Shown piece after piece: positions 35,794 to 42,969 of a DNA stretch of 64,000 bases. Both the position numbers and the translations under genes were made by a program. The notes under the pieces are model-generated. The model was given only the letters and a program-made list of their open reading frames with translations, ran no database searches and was not told the DNA's origin. The first letter of the stretch is position 1, and every line of letters starts with the position of its first letter. This DNA is from a bacterium (GTDB taxonomy: Bacteria > Patescibacteriota > Minisyncoccia > Minisyncoccales > UBA10102), in contig JAUSJT010000004.1 in the NCBI GenBank assembly GCA_030647485.1, positions 109,088 to 173,087 of the forward strand, in the 5' to 3' direction.

Positions 35794-35822
35794 TTGACAT
35801 TTGTTTTAGGGTAGGGTACACT
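35794..35822 (+). promoter_or_regulatory. sigma70-type promoter for rplC and downstream r-protein genes
   Basis: TTGACA-17 nt-TACACT. Confidence 0.6.
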
Positions 35823-35889
35823 GGTTGGTATGAGGATAAGGAGCGTCACCTCATAAAAAACACAGAAAGAGTACTACCCGTGAAATACA

Positions 35890-35915
35890 CGAGGGTTGGT
35901 ACCCTCGTTTTTGTT
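35890..35915 (+). promoter_or_regulatory. terminator-like hairpin in the rplC leader (attenuator candidate)
   Basis: CGAGGGT-tggt-ACCCTCG followed by TTTTTGTT, 11 nt before ATG 35926. Confidence 0.45.
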
Positions 35916-35925
35916 GGAAAAGAAC

Positions 35926-36519
35926 ATGAAAGCGATTCTCGGAAAAAAGATAGGCATGACCCAGATGTTCCAAAATGATAAGGTTATACCCGTAACCCTT
36001 ATTGAAGCTGGTCCATGCAAGGTGATAGACAGAAAGACTGTCGCTCGTGACGGATACGAAGCCTTGCAGGTAGGGTATGAGGCATTACCCGATAAGAGGA
36101 AATTGAAATCCCAGAAAGGAAAAGAGTTTAGATACGTGCGTGAGTTTCCCGTGTCCGCAGGAGATACAATCTTGGAGGCGCAAGACCTTACCGTTGCCTT
36201 ATTCCAGGAGGGAGACGTAGTGAAGGTTTCTGGAACCTCAAAAGGAAAGGGATATGCTGGCGCAGTAAAGAAATGGGGGGTTCATGGAAGGGGCGCAAGC
36301 CATGGAATGAAACATGAGGAACGCACCATTGGGTCTATTGGTACATCTTTCCCAGAACGGGTTACTCCTGGCAAGAAAATGGCAGGGCGCATGGGATCTG
36401 ACCGGGTAACGTTAAAAAGCGTGAAAATCGTGAAAATAGATCCAGAGAACAATATGTTAATAGTCCGCGGAGCAATTCCCGGACGGCCAGGGACGCTGTT
36501 GGAAATTAGAACCGTATAA
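35926..36519 (+). CDS. rplC: 50S ribosomal protein L3
   Basis: MKAILGKKIGMTQMF...; GKGYAGAVKKWG; the ORF-track start at 35896 is a leader extension. Confidence 0.95.
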   Translation: MKAILGKKIGMTQMFQNDKVIPVTLIEAGPCKVIDRKTVARDGYEALQVGYEALPDKRKLKSQKGKEFRYVREFPVSAGDTILEAQDLTVALFQEGDVVKVSGTSKGKGYAGAVKKWGVHGRGASHGMKHEERTIGSIGTSFPERVTPGKKMAGRMGSDRVTLKSVKIVKIDPENNMLIVRGAIPGRPGTLLEIRTV

Positions 36520-36521
36520 CC

Positions 36522-37154
36522 ATGAAAGTTCAAGCATACAGCCAAGAGGGAAAGAAGTTAGAAGAGGTTGCGTTGCCTTCTGCCGTTTTTGATATCCCTT
36601 GGAACGCTGACCTTGTCCATCAGGTTGTAGTTTCCCAGCAGTCCAACAGGAGAGTGGTGAGGGCGAATACGAAAGGAAGGGGAGAGGTAAGAGGTGGAGG
36701 AAAGAAGCCATGGGCGCAAAAACATACAGGCCGTGCTCGCCATGGCAGCATACGTTCTCCTTTATGGAAAGGAGGAGGAGTAACATTTGGCCCTACCAAA
36801 GAGCGGGTGTTTACAAAGAAAATAAACAAAAAGATGAGGATAGGCGCGCTTTTCGCGCTGCTTTCTGCAAAAGCGAGAGAGAATGCTCTTGTGGTGTTAG
36901 ACACCCTTGAAGTTGCAGGACGCAAGACAAAAACCTTGAAAGGGATGTTTACTAAACTGCCTTCAGATACAAGGCCCACCTTGCTTGTCCTGCCTTCTAT
37001 GGAGCGCAATCTTATTTCTGCCGCGTCAAATATCCCATTCGTGCAGACCATACAGGCAAAGGATTTGAACGCATTGGATGTAGCAACCTATCAATACTTG
37101 GTACTGCCTCAAAAGTCCATTGAGGTTATTGAAAAAACATTCCATAAGGCATAA
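36522..37154 (+). CDS. rplD: 50S ribosomal protein L4
   Basis: 210 aa; ...RGEVRGGGKKPWAQKHTGRARHGSIRSPLWKGGGVTFGP. Confidence 0.95.
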   Translation: MKVQAYSQEGKKLEEVALPSAVFDIPWNADLVHQVVVSQQSNRRVVRANTKGRGEVRGGGKKPWAQKHTGRARHGSIRSPLWKGGGVTFGPTKERVFTKKINKKMRIGALFALLSAKARENALVVLDTLEVAGRKTKTLKGMFTKLPSDTRPTLLVLPSMERNLISAASNIPFVQTIQAKDLNALDVATYQYLVLPQKSIEVIEKTFHKA

Positions 37155-37156
37155 TC

Positions 37157-37555
37157 ATGGCATTCAATATTTTTAAAAAGAAAGAGGAGGTAAAGAAAAC
37201 TCCTATCAAGAAACAAGAGGAGACAAAAGCAGTTGTCGTGAAGACTGCTAGTGCTCCTGCGAAGAAAGAGAAACGGAAGATATCTTCTTTTGCTCTTTCT
37301 CTGCCGCATATCACCGAAAAGGCAGGCATGCTCCAAGCACAGAATCAGTATGTGTTCAGGGTTGTCCCCGGATCAACGAAGTATGGGGTAAGGGATTCTG
37401 TAGAGGCGCAGTATGGCGTTGAGGTTGAGAAAGTGCGCATGATCACTGTTTCTTCAAAGTCCATTCGGGTTGGCAAAAGAATGGGGAAAAGGCCAGGGTA
37501 CAAAAAAGCGGTGATTACCCTCGCAGAGGGGCATAAGATAGAAATAGGCGCGTAA
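37157..37555 (+). CDS. rplW: 50S ribosomal protein L23 (Lys-rich N-terminal extension)
   Basis: 132 aa; ...YVFRVVPGSTKYGVRDSVEAQYGVEVEKVRMI...; gene order. Confidence 0.9.
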   Translation: MAFNIFKKKEEVKKTPIKKQEETKAVVVKTASAPAKKEKRKISSFALSLPHITEKAGMLQAQNQYVFRVVPGSTKYGVRDSVEAQYGVEVEKVRMITVSSKSIRVGKRMGKRPGYKKAVITLAEGHKIEIGA

Positions 37556-37559
37556 TACC

Positions 37560-38345
37560 ATGAAGACCGTCTTGTCAAAAAAAGAGCCAGAGAGATCTTT
37601 GCTCATATCTATTAGCAAAACCGGAGGGCGAGGGTCTTCAGGCCGCATTACCTCATGGCAGAAAGGAGGAGGAATGCGCCAGATGTACCGCATGGTAGAT
37701 TTTGGCCAAGAGCATATGGGTGTTAAAGGAAAAGTTCTTGCTCTTGAGTATGACCCTTATAGAAATGCATTTATTATTTTGATTCAGTATGAAGACGCAA
37801 AGAAAGGATATCTTGTAGCTCCCGATGGGATTACAGTAGGAGATGAGATTGTATGTCAGGAAAAGGCAGAGATAAAACCAGGGAATAGGATGCTGTTGGA
37901 GAATATTCCCATTGGTACTGTGGTGTATAATGTTGAGCTGGATCCAGGACGCGGAGGAAAACTCGTGCGGGGAGCTGGGGTAGGAGCACGTGTGCTTGCT
38001 CTTGAAGGAGGGTATGTGCATTTGCAGCTTCCTTCCACGGAAATTAGGAAGGTTCCTGCAAAGTGTTTTGCAAGCATTGGCATGGTGTCTAATCCAGGGT
38101 TTATGTATGAAAAAGACCACAAGGCAGGCACCACAAGATGGAAAGGAGTGAGGCCTCATGTGCGAGGCACGGTAATGAACCCAGTTGATCATCCTCATGG
38201 AGGGGGAGAAGGACGCCAGCCCTTGGGCATGCATCCTAAAACTCCTTGGGGCAAACCAGCGTTTGGAGTCAAAACAAGAAACAAGAAGAAATGGAGCACC
38301 AAGCTTATTCTGCAAAGGCGAGCCAAAAAGAAAAAGACCGCATAA
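37560..38345 (+). CDS. rplB: 50S ribosomal protein L2
   Basis: 261 aa; ...GGRGSSGRITSWQKGGG..., VRGTVMNPVDHPHGGGEG. Confidence 0.97.
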   Translation: MKTVLSKKEPERSLLISISKTGGRGSSGRITSWQKGGGMRQMYRMVDFGQEHMGVKGKVLALEYDPYRNAFIILIQYEDAKKGYLVAPDGITVGDEIVCQEKAEIKPGNRMLLENIPIGTVVYNVELDPGRGGKLVRGAGVGARVLALEGGYVHLQLPSTEIRKVPAKCFASIGMVSNPGFMYEKDHKAGTTRWKGVRPHVRGTVMNPVDHPHGGGEGRQPLGMHPKTPWGKPAFGVKTRNKKKWSTKLILQRRAKKKKTA

Positions 38346-38348
38346 CCT

Positions 38349-38747
38349 ATGACACGTTCACTTAAAAAAGGCCCATTTATTGACGAGAATCTTTTAAAGA
38401 AGATTCAAGGAACAAAACCCTTAGGGAAAGCCCCGGTAAATACCTGGTCTCGAAGGGCGACCATCACCCCTGAAATGGTGGGGTTTACCTTTGGAGTATA
38501 CAATGGAAAACAATTTATTCCAGTGCTGGTGGCAGAAGATATGGTGGGGCATAAGCTAGGAGAATTTTCTCCTACCACAAAGTTTGTACGGCATGGAGGA
38601 AGAATGCAGAAAGACATAGAACAGGGAGCAACAGCAGCTGCGGCTCCAGGAGCCGTTAGCGCACCCGCCTCCGCTGGACCTGCCCGTCCGGCAGGCGGGG
38701 CTACGGCGGGCAAGGCAGGGAAAACAGAGAAACCAACAGCGAAATAG
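38349..38747 (+). CDS. rpsS: 30S ribosomal protein S19 with about 40-aa Ala/Gly/Pro-rich C-terminal extension
   Basis: [12 protein letters not shown]...[25 protein letters not shown]...; tail ...[36 protein letters not shown]. Confidence 0.95.
   Translation: MTRSLKKGPFIDENLLKKIQGTKPLGKAPVNTWSRRATITPEMVGFTFGVYNGKQFIPVLVAEDMVGHKLGEFSPTTKFVRHGGRMQKDIEQGATAAAAPGAVSAPASAGPARPAGGATAGKAGKTEKPTAK
38664..38714 (+). repeat. 51-nt GC-rich palindromic segment inside the rpsS tail (in frame)
   Basis: CCCGCCTCCGCTG + 23 nt (CCTGCC...GGCAGG) + GCTACGGCGGGCAAG; flanking 13-mer and 15-mer identical to atpD 12824-12853. Confidence 0.6.
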
Positions 38748-38753
38748 CCTATG

Positions 38754-38905
38754 CCCCGTATGAAATTTACAAAGGTCTATACACGCGAAGCGCGAGGGGC
38801 GAATAGCCCCATCCTTTCATGGGCGCAGCGCTTCGCCAATGACAGCATGCACCTATTCGGTGCGCGCGCTGCGCTTTATAATAATATGGTAAATTTCTAA
38901 CGGGG
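38754..38905 (+). mobile_element. 152-bp TIR element, copy B (rpsS-rplV junction)
   Basis: Flanked by TATG 38750-38753 and 38906-38909; termini CCCCGTATGAAATTTAC / GTAAATTTCTAACGGGG. Confidence 0.75.
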
Positions 38906-38906
38906 T

Positions 38907-39419
38907 ATGCAAACATTGATGAGGTTACAACGAATACGAATTGCGCCCAGAAAGATGAGAATGGTTATTGATCTGGTGCGAGGAAAGAAAGTTGCTCTTG
39001 CAAGGGATGTGTTGCGTTTTAAGACAAACAAGGGAGCTAGGATTCTTTCAAAGCTTCTAGACTCTGCGATTGCGACAGCCAAGTCATTGGGACAGGGAGA
39101 CGAGTCAAATCTTATGGTATTGAAAATAGCAGTGGACGAGGGTCCAAAGTTAAAACGCTGGAGAGCTCGGGCTAAAGGATCAGCCTATGAAATCCAAAAG
39201 AAAGTTTCTCACATTACGCTTATCTTAGACGAGGTGAAGGGTGCAAAATCCGCATCAGTATCCAGGAAAGAGATAAAAACAGGACAAGAAGCTGTGAAGA
39301 AAGATCAAGTTGCGATAAAGACAGAAAAGCCTAAGTTTAAGGCTGTATCTAGCGAGCTCAAGACTTCAAGGACTGAAAAAGGAGTTCAGAGATTCTTTAG
39401 GAAATCAGGAGAAAAGTAG
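38907..39419 (+). CDS. rplV: 50S ribosomal protein L22 with Lys-rich C-terminal extension
   Basis: 170 aa; ...RIAPRKMRMVIDLVRGKKVALARDVLRF..., ...RWRARAKGSAYEIQKKVSHITLIL. Confidence 0.93.
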   Translation: MQTLMRLQRIRIAPRKMRMVIDLVRGKKVALARDVLRFKTNKGARILSKLLDSAIATAKSLGQGDESNLMVLKIAVDEGPKLKRWRARAKGSAYEIQKKVSHITLILDEVKGAKSASVSRKEIKTGQEAVKKDQVAIKTEKPKFKAVSSELKTSRTEKGVQRFFRKSGEK

Positions 39420-39429
39420 TTTAATGATG

Positions 39430-39499
39430 GAATGTAGAAATGTTAGACTGTTGGAATGAACATTCTAACATTCTGACAAAGCGAATCGTTCAAACATTC
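39430..39499. repeat. AACATTC / GAATGTT short-repeat cluster in the rplV-rpsC spacer
   Basis: AACATTC at 39459, 39467 and 39493; GAATGT(T) at 39430 and 39438-region; the same motif forms hairpin 30114-30135. Confidence 0.5.
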
Positions 39500-39509
39500 A
39501 AACATAGCA

Positions 39510-40151
39510 ATGGCACACAAAGTACACCCAAAAGCATTTCGCATGAAAGAGATGAAGGACTGGAGTTCCCGATGGATTGAGAAAAAGAATTATGCAAAAA
39601 CCCTGCAGGAAGATTTTGTGATCCGCGAGTTTCTTCTTAAGAAATTGAAAGAAGCAAGCGTTGAGAGCATTGATATTGAACGCATTCTTGGTAAAATCAT
39701 GGTTATTGTGACTTCGGGAAGGCCTGGTTTGATCATAGGCCGCGCAGGAGCTGGCATTGAAATCCTGCGAAAATCTATTGAGGGCATTGTAGGAAAAGCA
39801 AAGGCAAAAGAAGTACGGCTGGAGGTTCGCGAGATAAAAAACCCATGGGAGTCCGCAACCCTTACCGCGCAGTTCGTGGCCCAGCAGCTAGAGAAGCGCA
39901 TGCCTCCCAGAAGGGTGTTAAAGCAGACCTTGCAAAAGGCCATGGCAACCAAGGGCATAGAGGGTGTGAAGGTGGAGATTGCAGGCCGCTTGGGAGGAGC
40001 TGAGATAGCAAGACGCGAATGGCTGAAATTGGGCCGACTTCCGCTTGCAACATTGAGAGCCAGGATTGATTACGGTTTTGCAGAGGCCTTAACTACTTTT
40101 GGGACCATAGGAGTGAAAGTTTGGATGTTTAAGGGTGAAGAATTCAAGTAA
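39510..40151 (+). CDS. rpsC: 30S ribosomal protein S3
   Basis: 213 aa; MAHKVHPKAFR..., KH domain ...GRPGLIIGRAGAGIE... Confidence 0.96.
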   Translation: MAHKVHPKAFRMKEMKDWSSRWIEKKNYAKTLQEDFVIREFLLKKLKEASVESIDIERILGKIMVIVTSGRPGLIIGRAGAGIEILRKSIEGIVGKAKAKEVRLEVREIKNPWESATLTAQFVAQQLEKRMPPRRVLKQTLQKAMATKGIEGVKVEIAGRLGGAEIARREWLKLGRLPLATLRARIDYGFAEALTTFGTIGVKVWMFKGEEFK

Positions 40152-40152
40152 T

Positions 40153-40557
40153 ATGTTAACACCAAAACGCGTAAAACATAGGAAGTGGCAGAGGGGAACG
40201 TCAAAGGGCAACGAAGTCCGAGGCACGGAGTTGGCTTTTGGAAGTTTTGGATTAAAGTGTTTTGAAACAAAGTGGATTTCCGCAAAAGAATTGGAAGCGG
40301 CTAGGAGAACCATTATCCGGTATTTGAGAAAGGGGGGAAAGGTATGGTTGAGAGTTTTTACAGACAAGCCTTTTACTACGAAGGGAGCTGAAACTCCCAT
40401 GGGAGGAGGGAAGGGGAATGTTGACCATTATGTCTTTCCCATTCGCCCAGGAAGAATCATTTTTGAAATAGAAGGGATAAAAGAAGATATGGCGAGAGCG
40501 GCATTAAAAGAGGCGGCCTCAAAATTAAGCGTAAAAACCAAGTTTATCAAAGAATAG
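40153..40557 (+). CDS. rplP: 50S ribosomal protein L16
   Basis: MLTPKRVKHRKWQRG...; ATG 40153 directly follows the rpsC stop. Confidence 0.96.
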   Translation: MLTPKRVKHRKWQRGTSKGNEVRGTELAFGSFGLKCFETKWISAKELEAARRTIIRYLRKGGKVWLRVFTDKPFTTKGAETPMGGGKGNVDHYVFPIRPGRIIFEIEGIKEDMARAALKEAASKLSVKTKFIKE

Positions 40558-40558
40558 C

Positions 40559-40738
40559 ATGAACATCGCTGAACTGCGGCAAAAATCAAAAGGGGAGTTG
40601 CAGGAGTTCCTTCAAGGGCAGAAAGAAACACTGCGTCAACTTAGGTTTGATCTTGCTGCGGGAAAAGTAAAAAACGTGCGTCAGATAAGACAATTGAAAA
40701 AAACAATAGCACAAATACTAACCGTATGCCCCGTATGA
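40559..40738 (+). CDS. rpmC: 50S ribosomal protein L29 (stop codon supplied by the inserted element)
   Basis: 59 aa MNIAELRQKSKGELQEFLQGQKETLRQLRFDLAAGKVKNVRQIRQLKKTIAQILTVCPV*; below the ORF-track cutoff. Confidence 0.88.
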   Translation: MNIAELRQKSKGELQEFLQGQKETLRQLRFDLAAGKVKNVRQIRQLKKTIAQILTVCPV

Positions 40739-40880
40739 AATTTACAAAGGTCTATACACGCGAAGCGCGAGTGGCGAATAGCCACATCCATACAGGGGCG
40801 CAGCGCTTCGCCAATGACAGTATGCACCTATTCGGTGCGCGCACTGCGCTATGTAATAATATGGTAAATTTCTAACGGGG
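40729..40880 (+). mobile_element. 152-bp TIR element, copy C (rpmC-rpsQ junction)
   Basis: Flanked by TATG 40725-40728 and 40881-40884; carries the compensatory GTGGC...GCCAC variant of the GGGGC...GCCCC hairpin. Confidence 0.75.
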
Positions 40881-40881
40881 T

Positions 40882-41115
40882 ATGCCCAAAAAACAATTAA
40901 CTGGCATTGTGGTGTCAGACAAAATGCAAAAGACCATTGTGGTAGAGGTTGAACAATGGCATGTGAACTCAAAGTACAAGAGGAGATTTCGCATGCACAA
41001 AAAGTACAAAGCCCATGATGAGAAAGGAGAATACAAAATAGGAGACACGGTTGTTATTGAGGAATCAGTCCCTATTTCAAAAGATAAGAAGTGGAGAGTT
41101 ATTTCCAAGGCGTAA
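40882..41115 (+). CDS. rpsQ: 30S ribosomal protein S17
   Basis: 77 aa; ...LTGIVVSDKMQKTIVVEVE...HKKYKAHDE...GDTVVIEESVPISK. Confidence 0.95.
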   Translation: MPKKQLTGIVVSDKMQKTIVVEVEQWHVNSKYKRRFRMHKKYKAHDEKGEYKIGDTVVIEESVPISKDKKWRVISKA

Positions 41116-41124
41116 GCACCCTAT

Positions 41125-41493
41125 ATGATACAGCCACGCACCATGTTGAACGTAGCGGATAACACAGGAGCAAAGCTTCTGCAGTGTTTTCGCATATTGG
41201 GAGGATCAAAACGGCATTATGGAGTTATTGGGGATATTATTGTTGCTACCGTAAAAGATGCTGAACCAAGAAAACTTGTGAAGAAACATGAAGTGGTAAA
41301 AGCGGTCATAGTGCGAACCCGCAGCGTATACCGCAGGGCAGATGGCTCTTATATCCGTTTTGACGAGAACAGCGCAGTCATTTTAGAAAAAGACAAGGAG
41401 CCCAAGGGAACCCGCATGTTCGGTCCCTTTCCACGGGAAATCAGGGAAAAAGGATATACCAAGATAGCGGCGCTTGCCCCCGAGATTTTGTAA
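41125..41493 (+). CDS. rplN: 50S ribosomal protein L14
   Basis: 122 aa; [17 protein letters not shown]... Confidence 0.97.
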   Translation: MIQPRTMLNVADNTGAKLLQCFRILGGSKRHYGVIGDIIVATVKDAEPRKLVKKHEVVKAVIVRTRSVYRRADGSYIRFDENSAVILEKDKEPKGTRMFGPFPREIREKGYTKIAALAPEIL

Positions 41494-41496
41494 CCT

Positions 41497-41808
41497 ATGA
41501 AAATCAAGAAAGGCGACAACGTTATAGTGCTGAAAGGAAAAGATAGGGGAAAGAAGGGAAAGGTTCAGCAAGTGTTTCCCAAAGAGGGGAAGCTTGTTGT
41601 TGAAGGAATGAACATTCGAAAGAAACACATTAAACCAAGGAAGGCTGGAGAAAAAGGGCAGGTCGTTTCCACGGCAGGCCGCATGTCCAGCTCAAACGTT
41701 GCTCTTGTGTGCCCTAAATGTTCAAAGCCTGCGAGAATAGGGCATGTCATGCAAGGTTCAAAGAAATACCGCTCTTGCAAGAACTGCAAGGCAACCATTG
41801 ATATATAA
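41497..41808 (+). CDS. rplX: 50S ribosomal protein L24 (KOW) with CxxC...CxxC C-terminal segment
   Basis: 103 aa; MKIKKGDNVIVLKGKDRGKKGKV...; CPKC...CKNC. Confidence 0.93.
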   Translation: MKIKKGDNVIVLKGKDRGKKGKVQQVFPKEGKLVVEGMNIRKKHIKPRKAGEKGQVVSTAGRMSSSNVALVCPKCSKPARIGHVMQGSKKYRSCKNCKATIDI

Positions 41809-41812
41809 CACC

Positions 41813-42367
41813 ATGATGTTACTGAAAGAAACATACGAAAAGAAGGCAGTGCCTGCCATGCAAAAGCAATTCCATTACAAGAGCGTCATGGCTGTTCCTC
41901 GTATTGAGAAAGTGACTCTTAACACCGGCATAGGAAGATTCGTAGGAGGGAAATCAACAGAAGAGCAGAAAAAGATTGCAGTTGACATTGCAGGAGATAT
42001 GTCTCTCATTGCGGGGCAAAAGGCCGTGCCGACCCTTGCGAAAACCTCCATTGCATCCTTTAAATCAAGGCAGGGCATGCCCATTGGCGTTAAGGTAACG
42101 CTTCGTGGACAGAGAATGTATGATTTTCTTGACCGCTTGGTCAATGTGGTGCTTCCCAGATCCCGCGACTTTCAAGGGTTAGATCCAAAATCCCTTGACA
42201 AAGAAGGGAATATGTCTATAGGAATAAAGGAGCATATCTTCTTTCCTGAAATCAGCCCCGAGAAGGTAAAACATATGATAGGGTTGGAGATTACGGTAAC
42301 GACAAGCGCAAAGACAAGAGAAGAATGCTCGGTATTATTGAAACTTCTCGGATTTCCTTTGAGATAA
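41813..42367 (+). CDS. rplE: 50S ribosomal protein L5
   Basis: ATG 41813 ([20 protein letters not shown]...); the ORF-track start at 41744 overlaps rplX. Confidence 0.95.
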   Translation: MMLLKETYEKKAVPAMQKQFHYKSVMAVPRIEKVTLNTGIGRFVGGKSTEEQKKIAVDIAGDMSLIAGQKAVPTLAKTSIASFKSRQGMPIGVKVTLRGQRMYDFLDRLVNVVLPRSRDFQGLDPKSLDKEGNMSIGIKEHIFFPEISPEKVKHMIGLEITVTTSAKTREECSVLLKLLGFPLR

Positions 42368-42371
42368 CGTT

Positions 42372-42557
42372 ATGGCCACAAAAGCACAGATTGAAAAATC
42401 AAAGAAAAAGCCGAAGTTTAGCTCGCGTTCCACTCGAAGGTGTTTTCGCTGCGGCAGAAAGCGCGGGTATTTGAGGGACTTTGGTTTGTGCAGGATTTGC
42501 TTTCGAGAAATGGCGAACAAGGGATTAATTCCTGGAATTACAAAAAGCAGCTGGTAA
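42372..42557 (+). CDS. rpsN: 30S ribosomal protein S14, zinc-ribbon (type Z) form
   Basis: 61 aa; [24 protein letters not shown]. Confidence 0.95.
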   Translation: MATKAQIEKSKKKPKFSSRSTRRCFRCGRKRGYLRDFGLCRICFREMANKGLIPGITKSSW

Positions 42558-42566
42558 TATTCAACT

Positions 42567-42956
42567 ATGGATCCTTTAGTAGACATGTTTAATAGGATAC
42601 GGAACGCGCTAGCTGTTGGAAAAGAACAGGTGGAGGTTCCGTATTCCATGATGAAGCTTGATATCGCCAAAATCTTGGAGCGTTTGGGATTTGTGAAAAG
42701 CGTGGATTCAAAAGGGAGGAAAGTGAAAAGGACCATTGAGATTGTATTGAAATATCATGATAAGGAGCCCGCGATTGGGGGGTTGAGAAAAATATCCAAA
42801 CAGGGTAACCGCGTGTATGCGTCTGCCTTGAAACTCTTTCGGATAAAAAAGAGAAACGCGGTTGCCATATTCTCAACGTCAAAGGGTATTATGACAGACG
42901 GAGAGGCAAGAGAACAAAAGATAGGAGGGGAAGTATTGTGTGAAGTTTGGGGCTAA
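42567..42956 (+). CDS. rpsH: 30S ribosomal protein S8
   Basis: 129 aa; MDPLVDMFNRIRNA...; ...GIMTDGEAREQKIGGEVLCEVW. Confidence 0.96.
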   Translation: MDPLVDMFNRIRNALAVGKEQVEVPYSMMKLDIAKILERLGFVKSVDSKGRKVKRTIEIVLKYHDKEPAIGGLRKISKQGNRVYASALKLFRIKKRNAVAIFSTSKGIMTDGEAREQKIGGEVLCEVWG

Positions 42957-42969
42957 GTCAACAAAAAAT

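Noticed and set aside
35432-35821. 129-codon minus-strand ORF in the rpsJ-rplC island
   Set aside because: The plus-strand 86-codon ORF has a promoter, a strong SD and a terminator, and the minus-strand ORF has none. This call remains somewhat uncertain.
37653-38315. 220-codon minus-strand ORF antisense to rplB
   Set aside because: It is a shadow ORF within rplB.
38751-38900. The 49-aa element-spanning ORF as a genuine protein gene
   Set aside because: The frame is broken by TAG in copy A. Seven of the nine differences between copies B and C change the amino acid, and one pair of substitutions is compensatory for a stem. I keep it only as a possible relay frame, not as a protein.
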